Under the pieces are notes generated by a model, which was not told where the DNA came from, did not search any database, and worked only from the letters and a program-made list of their open reading frames with translations. The position numbers and the translations under genes are program-made. Below, one piece after another: positions 1 to 13,530 of a DNA stretch of 64,000 nucleotides; position 1 is the first letter of the stretch, and each line of letters starts with the position of its first letter. This DNA comes from Arenicellales bacterium. Lineage in GTDB: Bacteria > Pseudomonadota > Gammaproteobacteria > Arenicellales > JBFEOO01. Location of the stretch: the NCBI GenBank assembly GCA_041550555.1, contig JBFEOO010000009.1, forward strand, positions 2,162-66,161. The letters run 5' to 3'.

Positions 1-2
1 AC

Positions 3-1325
3 GTTTCCGTAGAGACGACCGGCGCCATAGGTCGTCGCATGACCGTTTCGGTACCGGCGGACGAGCTGGAGCGAGAGGTCTCCAGCCGGCTCAGCCGTTT
101 GGCGAAGAATCTCAAGTTGCCGGGGTTCCGGCCGGGAAAGGTGCCACGAAAAGTCGTGGAGGCGCGCTTCGGCGGCCAGGTCATACAGGAGGCTGCCGGC
201 GAGCTGATTCAGAACACCTACCGTGACGCGCTTGGTCAGCAGGGTCTCAACCCGGCGACCACCCCCGCCATCGAGGCGACCAAGCTCGAGCGCGGCGCGG
301 ATCTGGAATATGTGGCGAGCTTCGACGTTTTCCCCGAGATCGCGAGACTCGACCTCAAGGGCAAGCAGGTCGAGCGGCCGCGCATCGAGATCCAGGACCA
401 CGACGTCGAGCGCACCATCGAGTCGGTGCGCCGACAGCGGGTGACATGGGATCCGGTGGAGCGGCCGGCGCAGCGCGACGACCGGGTGGTCATCGATTTC
501 GAAGGTACCATCGACGGTGAATCGTTCGAAGGCGGAGCGGCGAGCGATTTTCCCGCCGTGCTCGGCAGCGGCGGACTGGTTGAAGATCTCGACGAAGGGC
601 TCGTCGGAGCGCGGGCGGGAGACGAGCGAAAGGTGAAGGTCTCGTTCTCGGACGATTACCCGGGCAAGAAGGTTGCCGGCAAGACCGCTGAGTTCACCGT
701 GAAGATCAAGCAGGTCGCCGAGCCGGTCCTGCCCGAGGTGGACGAAGAGTTCGCGCGCGCCTTCGGCGTCGAAGACGGGGATCGCGACAAGCTTCGCGCC
801 GAGGTCCGTGAGAACCTGCAGCGCGAGCTGGACGAACGCCTGCGGCGACATCTTCACGATCAAGTCATGAACCTGTTGCTCGAAGGCAACGAGTTCGACG
901 TTCCGCAGCAGATGGTCGACGAGGAAGCCCAGAGAATGGCTGCTGCCATTATGGGAGAAAGCGCGAAGCGTCGTTCTGGTGCCGCGCCGCACGTCGACAC
1001 CACGGTGCTCGTTCCGGAGGCGCGCCGTCGGGTCGCTCTGGGATTGATTCTGCGCGACATCATTGCCAAGCACTCGCTCGTGGCCGATGCCGGGCGAGTG
1101 CGTGCGAAAATCGATACCATGGCGGCCAGCTACGAACATCCCGAAGCGTTCGTCCAGTGGTATTATGCCGATCAGAATCGTCTCGCCCAGGTGCAGTCGT
1201 CGGTGGTCGAGGAGCAGATCGTTGATCTGCTCGTCGAGGAAGCGGACTGCGTGGACAAGGAGATGAGCTTCGAGGAATTCATGAACGCCCTGGGGCGGAG
1301 GCAGCCGTCGGCGGGCGAGGAATGA
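3..1325 (+). CDS. tig: Trigger factor (5' end just outside the window)
   Basis: The frame opens at the window edge as [18 protein letters not shown], the canonical trigger-factor N-terminus. Has the ribosome-binding GFRPGKVP motif and an FKBP domain ([16 protein letters not shown]). Precedes clpP. Confidence 0.97.
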   Translation, partial: VSVETTGAIGRRMTVSVPADELEREVSSRLSRLAKNLKLPGFRPGKVPRKVVEARFGGQVIQEAAGELIQNTYRDALGQQGLNPATTPAIEATKLERGADLEYVASFDVFPEIARLDLKGKQVERPRIEIQDHDVERTIESVRRQRVTWDPVERPAQRDDRVVIDFEGTIDGESFEGGAASDFPAVLGSGGLVEDLDEGLVGARAGDERKVKVSFSDDYPGKKVAGKTAEFTVKIKQVAEPVLPEVDEEFARAFGVEDGDRDKLRAEVRENLQRELDERLRRHLHDQVMNLLLEGNEFDVPQQMVDEEAQRMAAAIMGESAKRRSGAAPHVDTTVLVPEARRRVALGLILRDIIAKHSLVADAGRVRAKIDTMAASYEHPEAFVQWYYADQNRLAQVQSSVVEEQIVDLLVEEADCVDKEMSFEEFMNALGRRQPSAGEE

Positions 1326-1386
1326 CGATGCGGATGCCTGGCGCGTCGGGCGCGGCTGGGTCGTGATGCAAGGTCGAGGAGTATCG

Positions 1387-2016
1387 ATGAGAAATCTTCA
1401 CGGAGAGCGAGAGGTGACCACGCCGAGAGGGCTCGGGTTGGTGCCGATGGTGATCGAGACCACGGGACGGGGCGAGCGCGCTTACGACATCTATTCGCGC
1501 ATGCTCAAAGAGCGTGTCGTCTTTCTCGTCGGTCAGGTGGAGGACCACATGGCCAATCTCATCGTGGCCCAGCTGCTGTTCCTGGAGTCGGAGAACCCGG
1601 ACAAGGACATTCATCTGTATGTGAACAGCCCCGGAGGCGCCGTCAACGCCGGACTCGCGATCTACGACACCATGCAGTTCATCAAGCCCAACGTGAGCAC
1701 GGTGTGCGTCGGACAAGCGGCCAGCATGGGCGCGTTGATCCTCGCCGGCGGAACCAAGGGAAAGCGCCACGCTCTGCCGCATGCGCGCATGATGATTCAT
1801 CAGCCCTGGGGAGGGTTTCAAGGACAGGCCACCGACATCGATATTCACGCACGGGAGATTCTGCGCCTGCGCGAGCGGCTGAACGAGATTCTCGTGAATC
1901 ACACGGCGCAATCGCTGGAGACGATTCAGAGTGCCACCGATCGCGACAACTTCATGGAGAGCAATGAGGCGGTGAAATTCGGACTCATCGACTCCGTTAT
2001 CGAGCACCGCAGTTGA
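1387..2016 (+). CDS. clpP: ATP-dependent Clp protease proteolytic subunit
   Basis: Motifs [30 protein letters not shown] (catalytic Ser) and MIHQP (His). Start moved to ATG 1387, which follows a GAGGAG RBS (ORF track start 1363). Confidence 0.98.
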   Translation: MRNLHGEREVTTPRGLGLVPMVIETTGRGERAYDIYSRMLKERVVFLVGQVEDHMANLIVAQLLFLESENPDKDIHLYVNSPGGAVNAGLAIYDTMQFIKPNVSTVCVGQAASMGALILAGGTKGKRHALPHARMMIHQPWGGFQGQATDIDIHAREILRLRERLNEILVNHTAQSLETIQSATDRDNFMESNEAVKFGLIDSVIEHRS

Positions 2017-2045
2017 GGTGCTGAGGGTGTTCTCGCCGGCGAGAC

Positions 2046-2071
2046 TTGCAAATTGCGACGAGAATCTGCAT
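2046..2071 (+). promoter_or_regulatory. Possible sigma-32-type promoter upstream of clpX
   Basis: TTGCAA-N14-CTGCAT versus consensus TTGAAA-N14-CCCCAT, upstream of a heat-shock gene. Confidence 0.35.
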
Positions 2072-2218
2072 CTTTGACATGGGAGGGGTGACCGCTGCGG
2101 GCGAGCGAGCGCGTTGAGGCGCTGGTTTCCGATGCTGGCGGTGGGGTCTGCGGGAGGTGCCCGGGGGCACGGCGAGAACCGCAGCCGCGTAGCGGACTTG
2201 AAAGGATGAGGTCGAGAG

Positions 2219-3496
2219 ATGCCTGACGACAAGCGCGACGGTAAGGGCGAGAAGCTGCTCTATTGTTCCTTCTGCGGCAAGAGTCAGCACGAGGTGCGCA
2301 AGCTGATCGCGGGTCCGTCGGTTTTCGTTTGCGACGAGTGTGTCGAGCTCTGCAACGACATCATCCGCGAGGAGGTGCAGGAAGGCGCTGAAGGCGTCGA
2401 TGCGAACAGCAAGTTTCCCCGACCGTCCGACATCCGCGAGATTCTCGATGAATACGTGATCGGCCAGGAGGACGCAAAGAAGGTGCTGTCCGTGGCCGTC
2501 TACAACCACTACAAGCGTATCGAGAACGAGGATACCGTCGGCGACGTCGATATCTCCAAGAGCAACATTCTGCTCATCGGTCCCACGGGTTCGGGCAAGA
2601 CGCTGCTCGCCGAGACGCTGGCCCGACAGCTCAACGTGCCGTTCACCATCGCCGATGCTACGACGCTCACGGAAGCCGGCTATGTCGGCGAAGATGTCGA
2701 GAACATCATCCAGAAGCTTCTGCAGAAGTGCGACTACGACATCGAGAAGGCCCAGATAGGCATCGTATACATCGATGAGATCGATAAGATCTCACGCAAG
2801 TCGGACAACCCGTCGATTACCCGTGATGTTTCAGGCGAGGGCGTGCAGCAAGCGCTGCTCAAGCTCATCGAGGGTACCGTCGCCTCGGTGCCGCCCCAGG
2901 GGGGGCGCAAGCACCCGCAGCAGGAATTTCTTCAGGTCGATACCCGGAATGTGCTGTTCATCTGCGGCGGTGCTTTTTCCGGGCTCGAGAAGGTCATTCA
3001 AGATCGATCGGAGAAAAGCGGCATAGGATTCGGCGCCGAAATCAAGAGCCGCACCGACGGCAAGTTGGGTGAGATGCTGCGCGGGCTGGAGCCCGAGGAT
3101 CTCATCAAGTACGGTCTGATTCCAGAGTTCGTGGGCCGTCTGCCCATCGTGGCCACGCTCGATGAATTGGATGAGTCGGCGCTGGTTCGGATTCTGACCG
3201 AACCGCGCAACGCCCTCGTGAAGCAGTACCAGAAGCTGTTGAAGCTCGAGGGGGTCGAGCTCGAGTTCCGGGACGACGCGCTGCGCGCCGTGGCCCGCAA
3301 GGCGATGGAGCGACGAACTGGCGCTCGCGGCCTGCGCTCCATTCTCGAGAACGCGCTTCTCGATACCATGTACGAGCTGCCCTCCATGGATGGCGTCAAG
3401 AAGGTGATCGTCGATGCCAGCGTCATCGGGGAAGGCGCGCGGCCCTTGTACATATATGAGGAAAGCGAGAAGAAGAATGCCTCCACCGTTCGCTAG
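2219..3496 (+). CDS. clpX: ATP-dependent Clp protease ATP-binding subunit ClpX
   Basis: C4 zinc finger CSFCGK...CDECVELC, Walker [29 protein letters not shown] and the TGARGLR motif. Confidence 0.99.
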   Translation: MPDDKRDGKGEKLLYCSFCGKSQHEVRKLIAGPSVFVCDECVELCNDIIREEVQEGAEGVDANSKFPRPSDIREILDEYVIGQEDAKKVLSVAVYNHYKRIENEDTVGDVDISKSNILLIGPTGSGKTLLAETLARQLNVPFTIADATTLTEAGYVGEDVENIIQKLLQKCDYDIEKAQIGIVYIDEIDKISRKSDNPSITRDVSGEGVQQALLKLIEGTVASVPPQGGRKHPQQEFLQVDTRNVLFICGGAFSGLEKVIQDRSEKSGIGFGAEIKSRTDGKLGEMLRGLEPEDLIKYGLIPEFVGRLPIVATLDELDESALVRILTEPRNALVKQYQKLLKLEGVELEFRDDALRAVARKAMERRTGARGLRSILENALLDTMYELPSMDGVKKVIVDASVIGEGARPLYIYEESEKKNASTVR

Positions 3497-3921
3497 ACGA
3501 ATGAGGGTGAAGGGATAGGCATCGACCGCGGACCGCCCACGCGTTCTCACGGGGCTCGAAGGCCAGGTTACTTCACAGCCAGGTCGACGCCGCAGGTTTC
3601 GCCCGATCTCGAAACAATGATCCCGGCATTGCATCGCTCGGGAGGCGGCCGCCGACTTGCTCGGGCTCCCGCGCCAACGTGCATGTAGGACGCCCGCTTT
3701 CGCTTTGACTCCCTCCCCGAATCTTCGATGACACCTCGAGTGCATCGCCTGTCTGGCCGCATAGTGGGCGGACGCCGCCGATGGCCGCCTGCGGCGCTTC
3801 GGTTGCAAGGCCCGGGCGCTTGCTGAACTCGCGTTGCGGCCGCGAGGGTATTCGTAGCGGCGCGCCGGGCGGCCCGCAGCTTCGTCCGGGCGGACGGGTT
3901 CCGCCGGCGGGAGCGTGGGAG

Positions 3922-3947
3922 TTGATTTCTGAAAAACCAGTCCGCAT
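3922..3947 (+). promoter_or_regulatory. Probable sigma-32-type promoter upstream of lon
   Basis: TTGATT-N14-CCGCAT; the spacing and 9/12 positions match TTGAAA-N14-CCCCAT. lon is a classical RpoH-regulon gene. Confidence 0.5.
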
Positions 3948-4145
3948 AGTTATTCTGAAGGGGCGAGGCGCGCGAGCAGAGCCTGCCGCGGATGACCGAT
4001 TTCGTAGAGGCTGCGGCTGGACACCGCCCTCATTCGAGGTTGCGGACGCGTCGGAGATCGCCAACCGGCGGACAGCGCCCGCTCATGGTCCGACCGGGAC
4101 CCCATGCCCATTTTCAGCAGCCGCCCAGCGGTATCAGGTATAGCG

Positions 4146-6584
<2,439 letters not shown>

Positions 6585-6706
6585 GTAGCGCGAAATCAGG
6601 TACTTAGAGTAAACCGTGCGACACGCTTGACCGCTCGTCGTTGCGCGTGACGGAACGGCGTCCGCGAACGCTTGGGTCGACCCGGTATGAGCCTCCCGTT
6701 GTTGCC

Positions 6707-6736
6707 TTGACAGCGCTTTTTGGCGCTTGGTATAAG
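6707..6736 (+). promoter_or_regulatory. Sigma-70 promoter for hupB/tRNAs
   Basis: TTGACA at 6707-6712, 18-nt spacer, TG extension and TATAAG at 6731-6736, about 100 nt upstream of the hupB start. Confidence 0.7.
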
Positions 6737-6838
6737 GTCGTGCCCGGGGAGGAGTATCTGAGCGTCATCGTCTCACCACGCTCGGAGCCCGCCCATATTT
6801 CAACAATACGCCCCCGTCGAAGAAGGAGGATGTAAAGC

Positions 6839-7111
6839 GTGAACAAAGCCGAACTGATCGACTTGGTTGCTGACACCACCGATCTATCCAAAGCTTCTGC
6901 TGGACGAGCCGTTGAGGCCGTGTTCGATGGCATTTCCAATTCCCTGCAGAAGGGCGATTCCGTTACGCTCGTCGGTTTCGGAACTTTCTCCGTCAGTCAG
7001 TCGGCCGCGCGAACTGGCCGCAATCCCCGGACGGGCGAGACGATCCATATCCCCGCGCTGAAGAAGCCAAAATTCAAAGCTGGCAAAGGACTCAAGGATG
7101 CCTTAAACTGA
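6839..7111 (+). CDS. hupB: DNA-binding protein HU
   Basis: MNKAELID...[11 protein letters not shown]...[12 protein letters not shown]...[14 protein letters not shown]; sits in the conserved lon-hupB-ppiD order. Confidence 0.97.
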   Translation: MNKAELIDLVADTTDLSKASAGRAVEAVFDGISNSLQKGDSVTLVGFGTFSVSQSAARTGRNPRTGETIHIPALKKPKFKAGKGLKDALN

Positions 7112-7122
7112 GGCGCCCCTGC

Positions 7123-7198
7123 GGGTGCTTAGCTCAGCTGGGAGAGCGTCGCCCTTACAAGGCGAAGGTCGCAGGTTCGAGCCCCGCAGCACCCACCA
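7123..7198 (+). tRNA. tRNA-Val (anticodon TAC)
   Basis: Cloverleaf with GGGTGCT/AGCACCC acceptor stem, anticodon loop CT-TAC-AA in a TCGCC/GGCGA stem, GGTTCGAG T-loop and encoded CCA. Confidence 0.97.
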
Positions 7199-7207
7199 GC
7201 ATCGTCG

Positions 7208-7285
7208 GGAGCGGTAGTTCAGTTTGGTTAGAATACCGGCCTGTCACGCCGGGGGTCGCGGGTTCGAGTCCCGTCCGCTCCGCCA
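7208..7285 (+). tRNA. tRNA-Asp (anticodon GTC)
   Basis: GGAGCGG/CCGCTCC acceptor stem, anticodon loop CT-GTC-AC, GGTTCGAGTCC and encoded CCA. Confidence 0.97.
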
Positions 7286-7295
7286 AGTATCGCCG

Positions 7296-7327
7296 AGCGG
7301 CGAGGAATAGCTCCTCGCCGCTTTTTT
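7296..7327 (+). terminator. Rho-independent terminator after the tRNA pair
   Basis: Stem AGCGGCGAGGA/TCCTCGCCGCT with a 5-nt loop, followed by a T run. Confidence 0.85.
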
Positions 7328-7375
7328 CGTGGGGCGTTTCCAACGCACGCATTTTACCGACCGACTTGAACTGCG

Positions 7376-9286
7376 ATGCTCAGCCAGATACGTGACAGAG
7401 CCACCGGCTGGATTGCCTGGGCCATTGTCATCATCATCACGATTCCGTTCGCCTTGTGGGGCATCAACTCCTATTTCGAAGGACTGACACAGGTCGACGT
7501 GGCCATCGTCGACGGCGAGGAGATTGACTATCAGACTTATCAGAATGCCGTATCCGAGCGGCGCCGATTCATGCTGCAGACGCTCGGTGGCCGTGTCGAT
7601 CCGGATGTCTTCAACAGCGATGAATTCAAGACCCAGGTTCTCGACGATCTGATCGACGATGTGCTGCTGAGCAACGAAGCGCGCCGGTTCGGATACCGCG
7701 TCAGCGATGCACAGCTCGCCGCATGGATTCAGTCTCTTCCTCAGTTTCAGCGAGACGGAGCCTTCGACCGCGCGCTCTACGAGGATGTGCTGCGACGCGT
7801 AGGTTACACAGTGGCCCAGTTCGAGTCCCTGCAGCGTCGACAGAGCACGCTCGACCAGCTGCGCACCGCCTACGGCGATTCCGCCTTCGTTACCGATAGC
7901 GACGTCAACAATCTGTTGAAGCTCATATACGAAAGGCGGCAAGCCGAGTACGTCACGCTCACTCCCGAGATGTTCACGGGCGACGTCGAGGTGTCGGATG
8001 CCGAAATCGAGCAGGAATACCAGGCGAACACCGAGCGCTACCGTGAGCGGGCGCGGCTGAAGGTCGCCTACGTCGAATTGAGCGTGGACGAGCTCGCGCA
8101 GGCGATTACGCCGAGCGAAGATGAGCTGCGCCAGCTCTACGATGAGAGTGAACAGCGGTTTGTCGCTCCAGAGCAGCGCCGGGCCAGCCATATACTGGTG
8201 GCGCTCGCCGAGGACGCTGATGAAGCCGCTCGGAAGGCCGCCTTGGACAAGGCCGTTGATCTTGCTGCGCAGGCCCGGGCCGGCACAGACTTTGCGGAAC
8301 TCGCCCGTGAGCATAGCGACGATTCGGGATCGGCCGCCAACGGGGGTGACCTTGGCGTGATCAGTCGCGGGGTCATGGTGGCGCCCTTCGAGCAGGCTGT
8401 GTACGACATGGAGGAGGGCGCGATCAGCGATCCTGTGGAGACTCGCTACGGTTACCACGTGATTCGACTTGCGGAGGTGGTCCCCGAACGCCGCAAGACC
8501 TTTGAGGAAGTGCGAACCCAGCTGGAGGAGCAAGAGCGACGACGGCAGGCGGAGGCGCTCTTTCTGCACAACGCGGAGACATTCCGCAATCTCGTTTACG
8601 AGCAGCCGGAGTCCCTGGAGCCGGTTGCCGAGGAGCTCCGGCTCGAGATCAAGGAAAGCGACTGGTTTACCTCGAGTCAAGGCGAAGGAGTAGCAGCCAA
8701 TCCCCGGATGCGCGAGGTCGCGTTCGGTGAAGAGGTGCTCGAAGGCGGGCTGAACAGTGAAGTCATCGAGATCGGCTTGAATTCACTCGTTGCCGTGAGA
8801 AAGCTCGCGTACGAAGAGTCGAAGCTCAGCCCGTTGGGACAGGTGCGCGACGCGATTCGTACGGAGCTGCAGAGAGCGAAAGCGGCGACCAAGGCAGAGG
8901 AGGCGGGCGAAGAGATGCTGAAGGCCCTGAGAGGTGGCGCCGAATGGGAAAGAATGCTCGAAGAGCGCGGGCTGACAGTGACTCCTTTGCCCGAGCTGCG
9001 CAGCGAAGCGACAGCCAATGAGGCGCGAGCCGTCGCCGAGGCGGTGTTCGCTGCGCCGAGGCCTGCGGCGGAGCCGGTATTCGGCGGTGCTTCCGCCGAG
9101 TTCGGTAACTATGCCGTTTACAGGCTCTCCTCGGTCACAGCGGGTGATCCGGAGGGGATTGAGGAGAGTGAGCGGGCTCGCGTGGTCGAGCTGCTGCGGC
9201 AACGCCAGGGAGTGGATTACTTTTTGGCGTATCGACAGGGTCTCAGGGACCGAGCCGACGTCACCGTGTTCACCGAACAGCTATAG
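7376..9286 (+). CDS. ppiD: Membrane-anchored periplasmic chaperone/peptidyl-prolyl isomerase D
   Basis: N-terminal TM (WIAWAIVIIITIPFALWG), SurA-N region and parvulin domain (RASHILV...SDDSGSAANGGDLG...PFEQAV...GYHVI); synteny with hupB. Confidence 0.95.
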   Translation: MLSQIRDRATGWIAWAIVIIITIPFALWGINSYFEGLTQVDVAIVDGEEIDYQTYQNAVSERRRFMLQTLGGRVDPDVFNSDEFKTQVLDDLIDDVLLSNEARRFGYRVSDAQLAAWIQSLPQFQRDGAFDRALYEDVLRRVGYTVAQFESLQRRQSTLDQLRTAYGDSAFVTDSDVNNLLKLIYERRQAEYVTLTPEMFTGDVEVSDAEIEQEYQANTERYRERARLKVAYVELSVDELAQAITPSEDELRQLYDESEQRFVAPEQRRASHILVALAEDADEAARKAALDKAVDLAAQARAGTDFAELAREHSDDSGSAANGGDLGVISRGVMVAPFEQAVYDMEEGAISDPVETRYGYHVIRLAEVVPERRKTFEEVRTQLEEQERRRQAEALFLHNAETFRNLVYEQPESLEPVAEELRLEIKESDWFTSSQGEGVAANPRMREVAFGEEVLEGGLNSEVIEIGLNSLVAVRKLAYEESKLSPLGQVRDAIRTELQRAKAATKAEEAGEEMLKALRGGAEWERMLEERGLTVTPLPELRSEATANEARAVAEAVFAAPRPAAEPVFGGASAEFGNYAVYRLSSVTAGDPEGIEESERARVVELLRQRQGVDYFLAYRQGLRDRADVTVFTEQL

Positions 9287-9346
9287 TCGGACGGGGCGCC
9301 TGCAGACGTGATCAATACGGGAGCGCTCGATGCAGGGTGCCGGGCC

Positions 9347-10138
9347 TCAGTCGAGCTGGCGTTCGCTCAGGCCCACGATGTTGAAGCCGCAGTCGACATA
9401 GACAATCTGCCCTGTTATGCCCGAGGCGAGGTCTGAACAGAGAAAGGCCGCTGTGTTCCCCACCTCGTCGATGGTTACCCCTCGACCCAGTGGGACGGTT
9501 TTCTCATAGTAGTCCATCATTTTTCGGAAACCGCCGATCCCCGCGGCCGCCAGCGTTTTGATGGGGCCCGCCGAGATCGCGTTGACCCGCGTCCCCTCCG
9601 GCCCGAGCGACTGTGCAATGTACCGGACGTTCGCCTCGAGACTTGCCTTGGCCAATCCCATCACGTTGTAGCCGGGCATGGCACGCAGCGCGCCGATGTA
9701 GGAGAGTGTCAGCAACGCCCCATTGCGACCGCTCATCATGGCACGCGATGCCTTGGCCAGTGCCGCAAAGCTGTACGAGCTGATTTCGTGCGCCGTCAGG
9801 AACCCTTCCCGTGTGACGCAGTCGAGATACAGTCCATCGAGCTCGTCGCGTGGTGCGAATGCGACAGAATGAACGAGTATGTCGAAACCATCCCAGAAGT
9901 TGTCGAGCTGGGCGAAGACGGCATCGATCTGCTCGTCGTCGCCTACATCGCAGGGGATGACGATGTCCGACTCCAAGCTCGCCGCATACTTCTCGACGCG
10001 AGGCCGGAGCTTCTCGTTCTGATAGGTGAACGCCAGCTCGGCGTTCTCCCGATGCATCGCTTTGGCGATGCCCCAGGCTATGGAGCGCTCACTCGCCACA
10101 CCGATGATAAGTGCGCGTTTTCCCGCTAAGAAACCCAT
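9347..10138 (-). CDS. fabI: Enoyl-ACP reductase (NADH)
   Basis: [36 protein letters not shown] and [13 protein letters not shown]. Confidence 0.98.
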   Translation of the reverse strand: MGFLAGKRALIIGVASERSIAWGIAKAMHRENAELAFTYQNEKLRPRVEKYAASLESDIVIPCDVGDDEQIDAVFAQLDNFWDGFDILVHSVAFAPRDELDGLYLDCVTREGFLTAHEISSYSFAALAKASRAMMSGRNGALLTLSYIGALRAMPGYNVMGLAKASLEANVRYIAQSLGPEGTRVNAISAGPIKTLAAAGIGGFRKMMDYYEKTVPLGRGVTIDEVGNTAAFLCSDLASGITGQIVYVDCGFNIVGLSERQLD

Positions 10139-10307
10139 ATCTGATCCTCAGCTCGAATGTACGGCAACGGCCCGGGCTGTCCTGCGCCGAAGTGGATCGA
10201 TCGTATACGATAGTTTAGGATCGCCTATACATCAACACACCGCTGCTCGCCGGTGACGAGCGACATGGAGGTGACATGTCTTCCCTGTCGGCAATGAGCG
10301 TGACGGA

Positions 10308-12416
10308 ATGCGGCTGAAGCGCCTACTGTTGCTCGCCCCACTGACCGTGGTGGCGTTGCTGGTCCAGTCTTATTTCTGGGTGCCGACCTACGAGTCGCAG
10401 GCAAAGGCCAATCCGCACCGTCTGCGCATGTTCATCGAGTCCTCGATCGGTGACGCGAAGATTCTCAATCCGATTCTGAATGCCGATACGGCGAGCAGCA
10501 GGATAGTGGGGCTCGTCTTCGAAGGGTTGCTCGATCTGGACGATAATTTGCAGCTCCGGGGGCGACTGGCGACGCATTGGGAGGTGGGCGAGGACATTTA
10601 CCTGTTGGTCAATCCCGCTGCTCGCTTCGATGACGGATCATCGATTACACCCGAGTCGTTGCTCGACCGGCTGCGCAGCGAGTTGCTTGCGGGGACGTCG
10701 GCCGAGGACCCTTCGGACCCGATTCGGGCAATCGAGCTGCTACCGCCGGAGGTGCGTCGCCAGACCGTCGAGGTGCCGGGCTCAGAAGCGGAAGGCGAGG
10801 CTTCGCAGGTGGAAGTTCAGCTGACGTTGCCGCCCCGGATTCGCTTCGGCCTCTCGCGCGTGGTGCCTGACTTTCTCGACCGGATTCGGCCGATCATTGG
10901 CGAGCGCTACGAGCAGACGCTGCCGCGTTCGACGTGGGTGTCCGCGCCGGCGCAAATCATGTCCGCTATCGATCACGCGCGTCTCGCTGAAATGCTGCCG
11001 GTGCTCGAGCACAACCCGACGCTCGTTTTTCATCTGCGCCACGGCGTCCGTTTCCACGACGGGCATGAGTTCGACAGCGACGATGTGCGATTTACCTACC
11101 AGGCGATCATGGATCCCCGTAATCTTTCGCCGCGCACGTCGGATTTCGAACCGGTCAAGTCGGTGGACATCCTGGATCGCTACACCGTGCGAGTCGTCTA
11201 CAAGAGGCTGTTTTCGCCCGCGGTCAACGCGTGGACCATGCAGATCCTGCCTGAGCACCTGTTGAACGATGAGGCGTTGGGGCGGGAGATGGAACGTCGC
11301 GGCTTGTCGAGCGCTGCGCGGGCGACGTTCGGCATGCGCGAGAGCGTTTTCAATCGTGCGCCTGTCGGCACCGGTCCGTTCGTGTTCGAGCAGTGGCAGA
11401 GCGACGAGCAGATCCGATTGCGTGCCAATCAGGACTACTGGGAGGGAGCGCCCGAGTACAGCGAGTATTACTATCGCGTGCTGCCTGACCCACTCACGCA
11501 GGAAGTGGAGTTCCGCACTGGTGCTGTCGACATCTACGCGCCCCAGCCCCATCAGATTGCACGCTACCGTGACGATGACGCCTATCAGCGATTTTCGAGC
11601 CTGAGCACCGGCTACACGTACATTGGCTACAACAACCGCCGAGCGCTGTTTCAGGATCGCCGGGTTCGCCAAGCGTTGTCGATGGCGATAGACGTTGACG
11701 AGATCATCCGGTATGTCCTCTACGGCGAGGCCGAACGCACGACCGGCCCGTTTCCCAAGAACACCGTTTGGTACGATCCGGACGTCGAGCCGATCCCCTA
11801 CGATCCAGAGGGGGCGCGGGCACTGCTCGCCGAGATCGGCTGGCACCCCAACGAGCAGGGCTGGCTCGAGAAGGATGGTCAGCTCTTCGAGTTCAATCTG
11901 ATCACCAATAACGGCAATCTGGTTCGCAAGGCGGTGGTGACCATTGCGCAGAACGCGTGGCGCAAGATAGGCATCAAGTGCAACACCCAGCTGTTCGAGT
12001 GGGCGGTGTTTCTGGAGGACTTCGTCAATCCCGGGGATTTCGATGCGGTGGTATTGGGGTGGAGTATGGGCGCTGACCCCGACCTGTATCAGATCTGGCA
12101 TTCGAGCCAGACCGGCTACGGGCAGCTCAACTTCGCCGGCTACCGCAGCCCAGAGGCCGATGAGCTCATTGTTGCAATCAGAGAGGAATACGACGCGGAG
12201 CGACAGAGGACGTTGACGCGGCGGCTGCATCGGGTGATCGCCGCAGATCAACCCTACACCTTCCTCTACGCACCGCTGGCGACACGAGTTCTGGATAAGA
12301 AAATCGTCATGGTCAATCCGGACGGAACGTATTCAAGAATTCCCGATGTCAAGAGCGGGGATGTGTTCTACAGCTTCAACCGGTGGAGAAAGCTCGATCA
12401 TGTGCCTCGTTTTTGA
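10308..12416 (+). CDS. Family-5 (peptide/nickel-type) ABC substrate-binding protein with a large internal insertion
   Basis: N-terminal hydrophobic anchor; LNPI...VFEGL, FHLRHGVRFHDG, PVGTGPF and YIGYNN...RVRQALSMAID motifs. Confidence 0.9.
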   Translation: MRLKRLLLLAPLTVVALLVQSYFWVPTYESQAKANPHRLRMFIESSIGDAKILNPILNADTASSRIVGLVFEGLLDLDDNLQLRGRLATHWEVGEDIYLLVNPAARFDDGSSITPESLLDRLRSELLAGTSAEDPSDPIRAIELLPPEVRRQTVEVPGSEAEGEASQVEVQLTLPPRIRFGLSRVVPDFLDRIRPIIGERYEQTLPRSTWVSAPAQIMSAIDHARLAEMLPVLEHNPTLVFHLRHGVRFHDGHEFDSDDVRFTYQAIMDPRNLSPRTSDFEPVKSVDILDRYTVRVVYKRLFSPAVNAWTMQILPEHLLNDEALGREMERRGLSSAARATFGMRESVFNRAPVGTGPFVFEQWQSDEQIRLRANQDYWEGAPEYSEYYYRVLPDPLTQEVEFRTGAVDIYAPQPHQIARYRDDDAYQRFSSLSTGYTYIGYNNRRALFQDRRVRQALSMAIDVDEIIRYVLYGEAERTTGPFPKNTVWYDPDVEPIPYDPEGARALLAEIGWHPNEQGWLEKDGQLFEFNLITNNGNLVRKAVVTIAQNAWRKIGIKCNTQLFEWAVFLEDFVNPGDFDAVVLGWSMGADPDLYQIWHSSQTGYGQLNFAGYRSPEADELIVAIREEYDAERQRTLTRRLHRVIAADQPYTFLYAPLATRVLDKKIVMVNPDGTYSRIPDVKSGDVFYSFNRWRKLDHVPRF

Positions 12417-12491
12417 GTCTCCACGCGCGGGGTCATGCTCATCGGCAACGTCGGGTTCGGGCTCGACAGCACAAGCGGGGAGGTAATGGAG

Positions 12492-13454
12492 ATGTTGGCC
12501 TATGTCATCCGTAATCTGCTTCAGCGCCTCGTCCTGCTCTTCGTCGTTTCGGTCATGGCCCATGCAGTGGTGCATATCGCGCCCGGAGAACCCAGCGAGG
12601 TCGATCCAAGCAACCCGAGACTGAAGCCGGAAGACGTCACGAAGATTCGCGCCGCTTTCCACTTGGACGACCCGTTGCATCTGCAGTACGTCTATTGGAT
12701 GCGGGATTTACTGAGCGGTGAGCTCAAATCCTTCAAGGACAGTCAACCCGTGCTGCCGAAGATTTGGGATCGTTTTCTCAATTCACTGCCGTTGTTTGTG
12801 ACCGCCACGGTGATTGTGTGGACTCTGTCGTTTCCGGCGGGGATTCACGCCGCTCTGCGTCGCGGCTCGGTTTACGATCGCAGCACGACGTTTCTCGCCT
12901 ACGCCCTCATTTCAATACCCGGGTTCTTTTTTTCTTATCTGGTGATCCTATCGGTCGTGGAATTGTTCGGAGTGCCGGTGATCGGGATGCGTACGTTTGG
13001 AATGGAAGACGCTGCACCGCTGTTTCGCGCGATGGATCGACTTTGGCATCTGGTGATTCCTTCGATTATGTCCGCGTTGGTGGGCGTCGCAATACTGTCG
13101 CGTTACGTGCGTTCACAGATGCTCGAGGTGATCGGGGCCGACTACGTGCGTACGGCGCGTGCCAAGGGGCTGGAGGAGGAAACGGTGGTCTACACTCATG
13201 CGCTGCGGAACGCGCTGCTTCCCTTCGTGACCATGTTCGGCCTACTGCTCCCCGGTTTGATAGGTGGGTCGGTGATTTTCGAGCAGATCTTCGCATGGCC
13301 GGGGATCGGAAGGCTCGGCTACGACGCGATCCTGGCGCGGGATTTTCCGGTCATTCTGACGATCAATCTCATCGCCGCCGTGTTGACCTTGGCCGGGACC
13401 TTTCTCTCCGACATCCTGTACGCGGCTGTCGATCCGCGCATACGGCTGCAATGA
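12492..13454 (+). CDS. Peptide/nickel ABC permease (OppB/DppB-like)
   Basis: LDDPLHLQYVYW, EAA loop DYVRTARAKGL and FAWPGIGRL. Start is ATG 12486 or 12492. Confidence 0.92.
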   Translation: MLAYVIRNLLQRLVLLFVVSVMAHAVVHIAPGEPSEVDPSNPRLKPEDVTKIRAAFHLDDPLHLQYVYWMRDLLSGELKSFKDSQPVLPKIWDRFLNSLPLFVTATVIVWTLSFPAGIHAALRRGSVYDRSTTFLAYALISIPGFFFSYLVILSVVELFGVPVIGMRTFGMEDAAPLFRAMDRLWHLVIPSIMSALVGVAILSRYVRSQMLEVIGADYVRTARAKGLEEETVVYTHALRNALLPFVTMFGLLLPGLIGGSVIFEQIFAWPGIGRLGYDAILARDFPVILTINLIAAVLTLAGTFLSDILYAAVDPRIRLQ

Positions 13455-13530
13455 GCACGTCCGTCCTGAGGCGTGCGTGGCCGTGACCGCCGGCGAGGCG
13501 AATGCTCGACAGGCGCCGGGCGAAAGAGAG

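Noticed and set aside
7244-8680. Long antisense ORFs (e.g. 478 aa opposite ppiD; also opposite valS, pepA, malQ, lon, the ALDH and the uxaA-like gene, including the 955-aa ORF 60461-63328)
   Set aside because: These are shadow frames expected from high-GC codon bias. They fully overlap well-supported genes and lack motifs.
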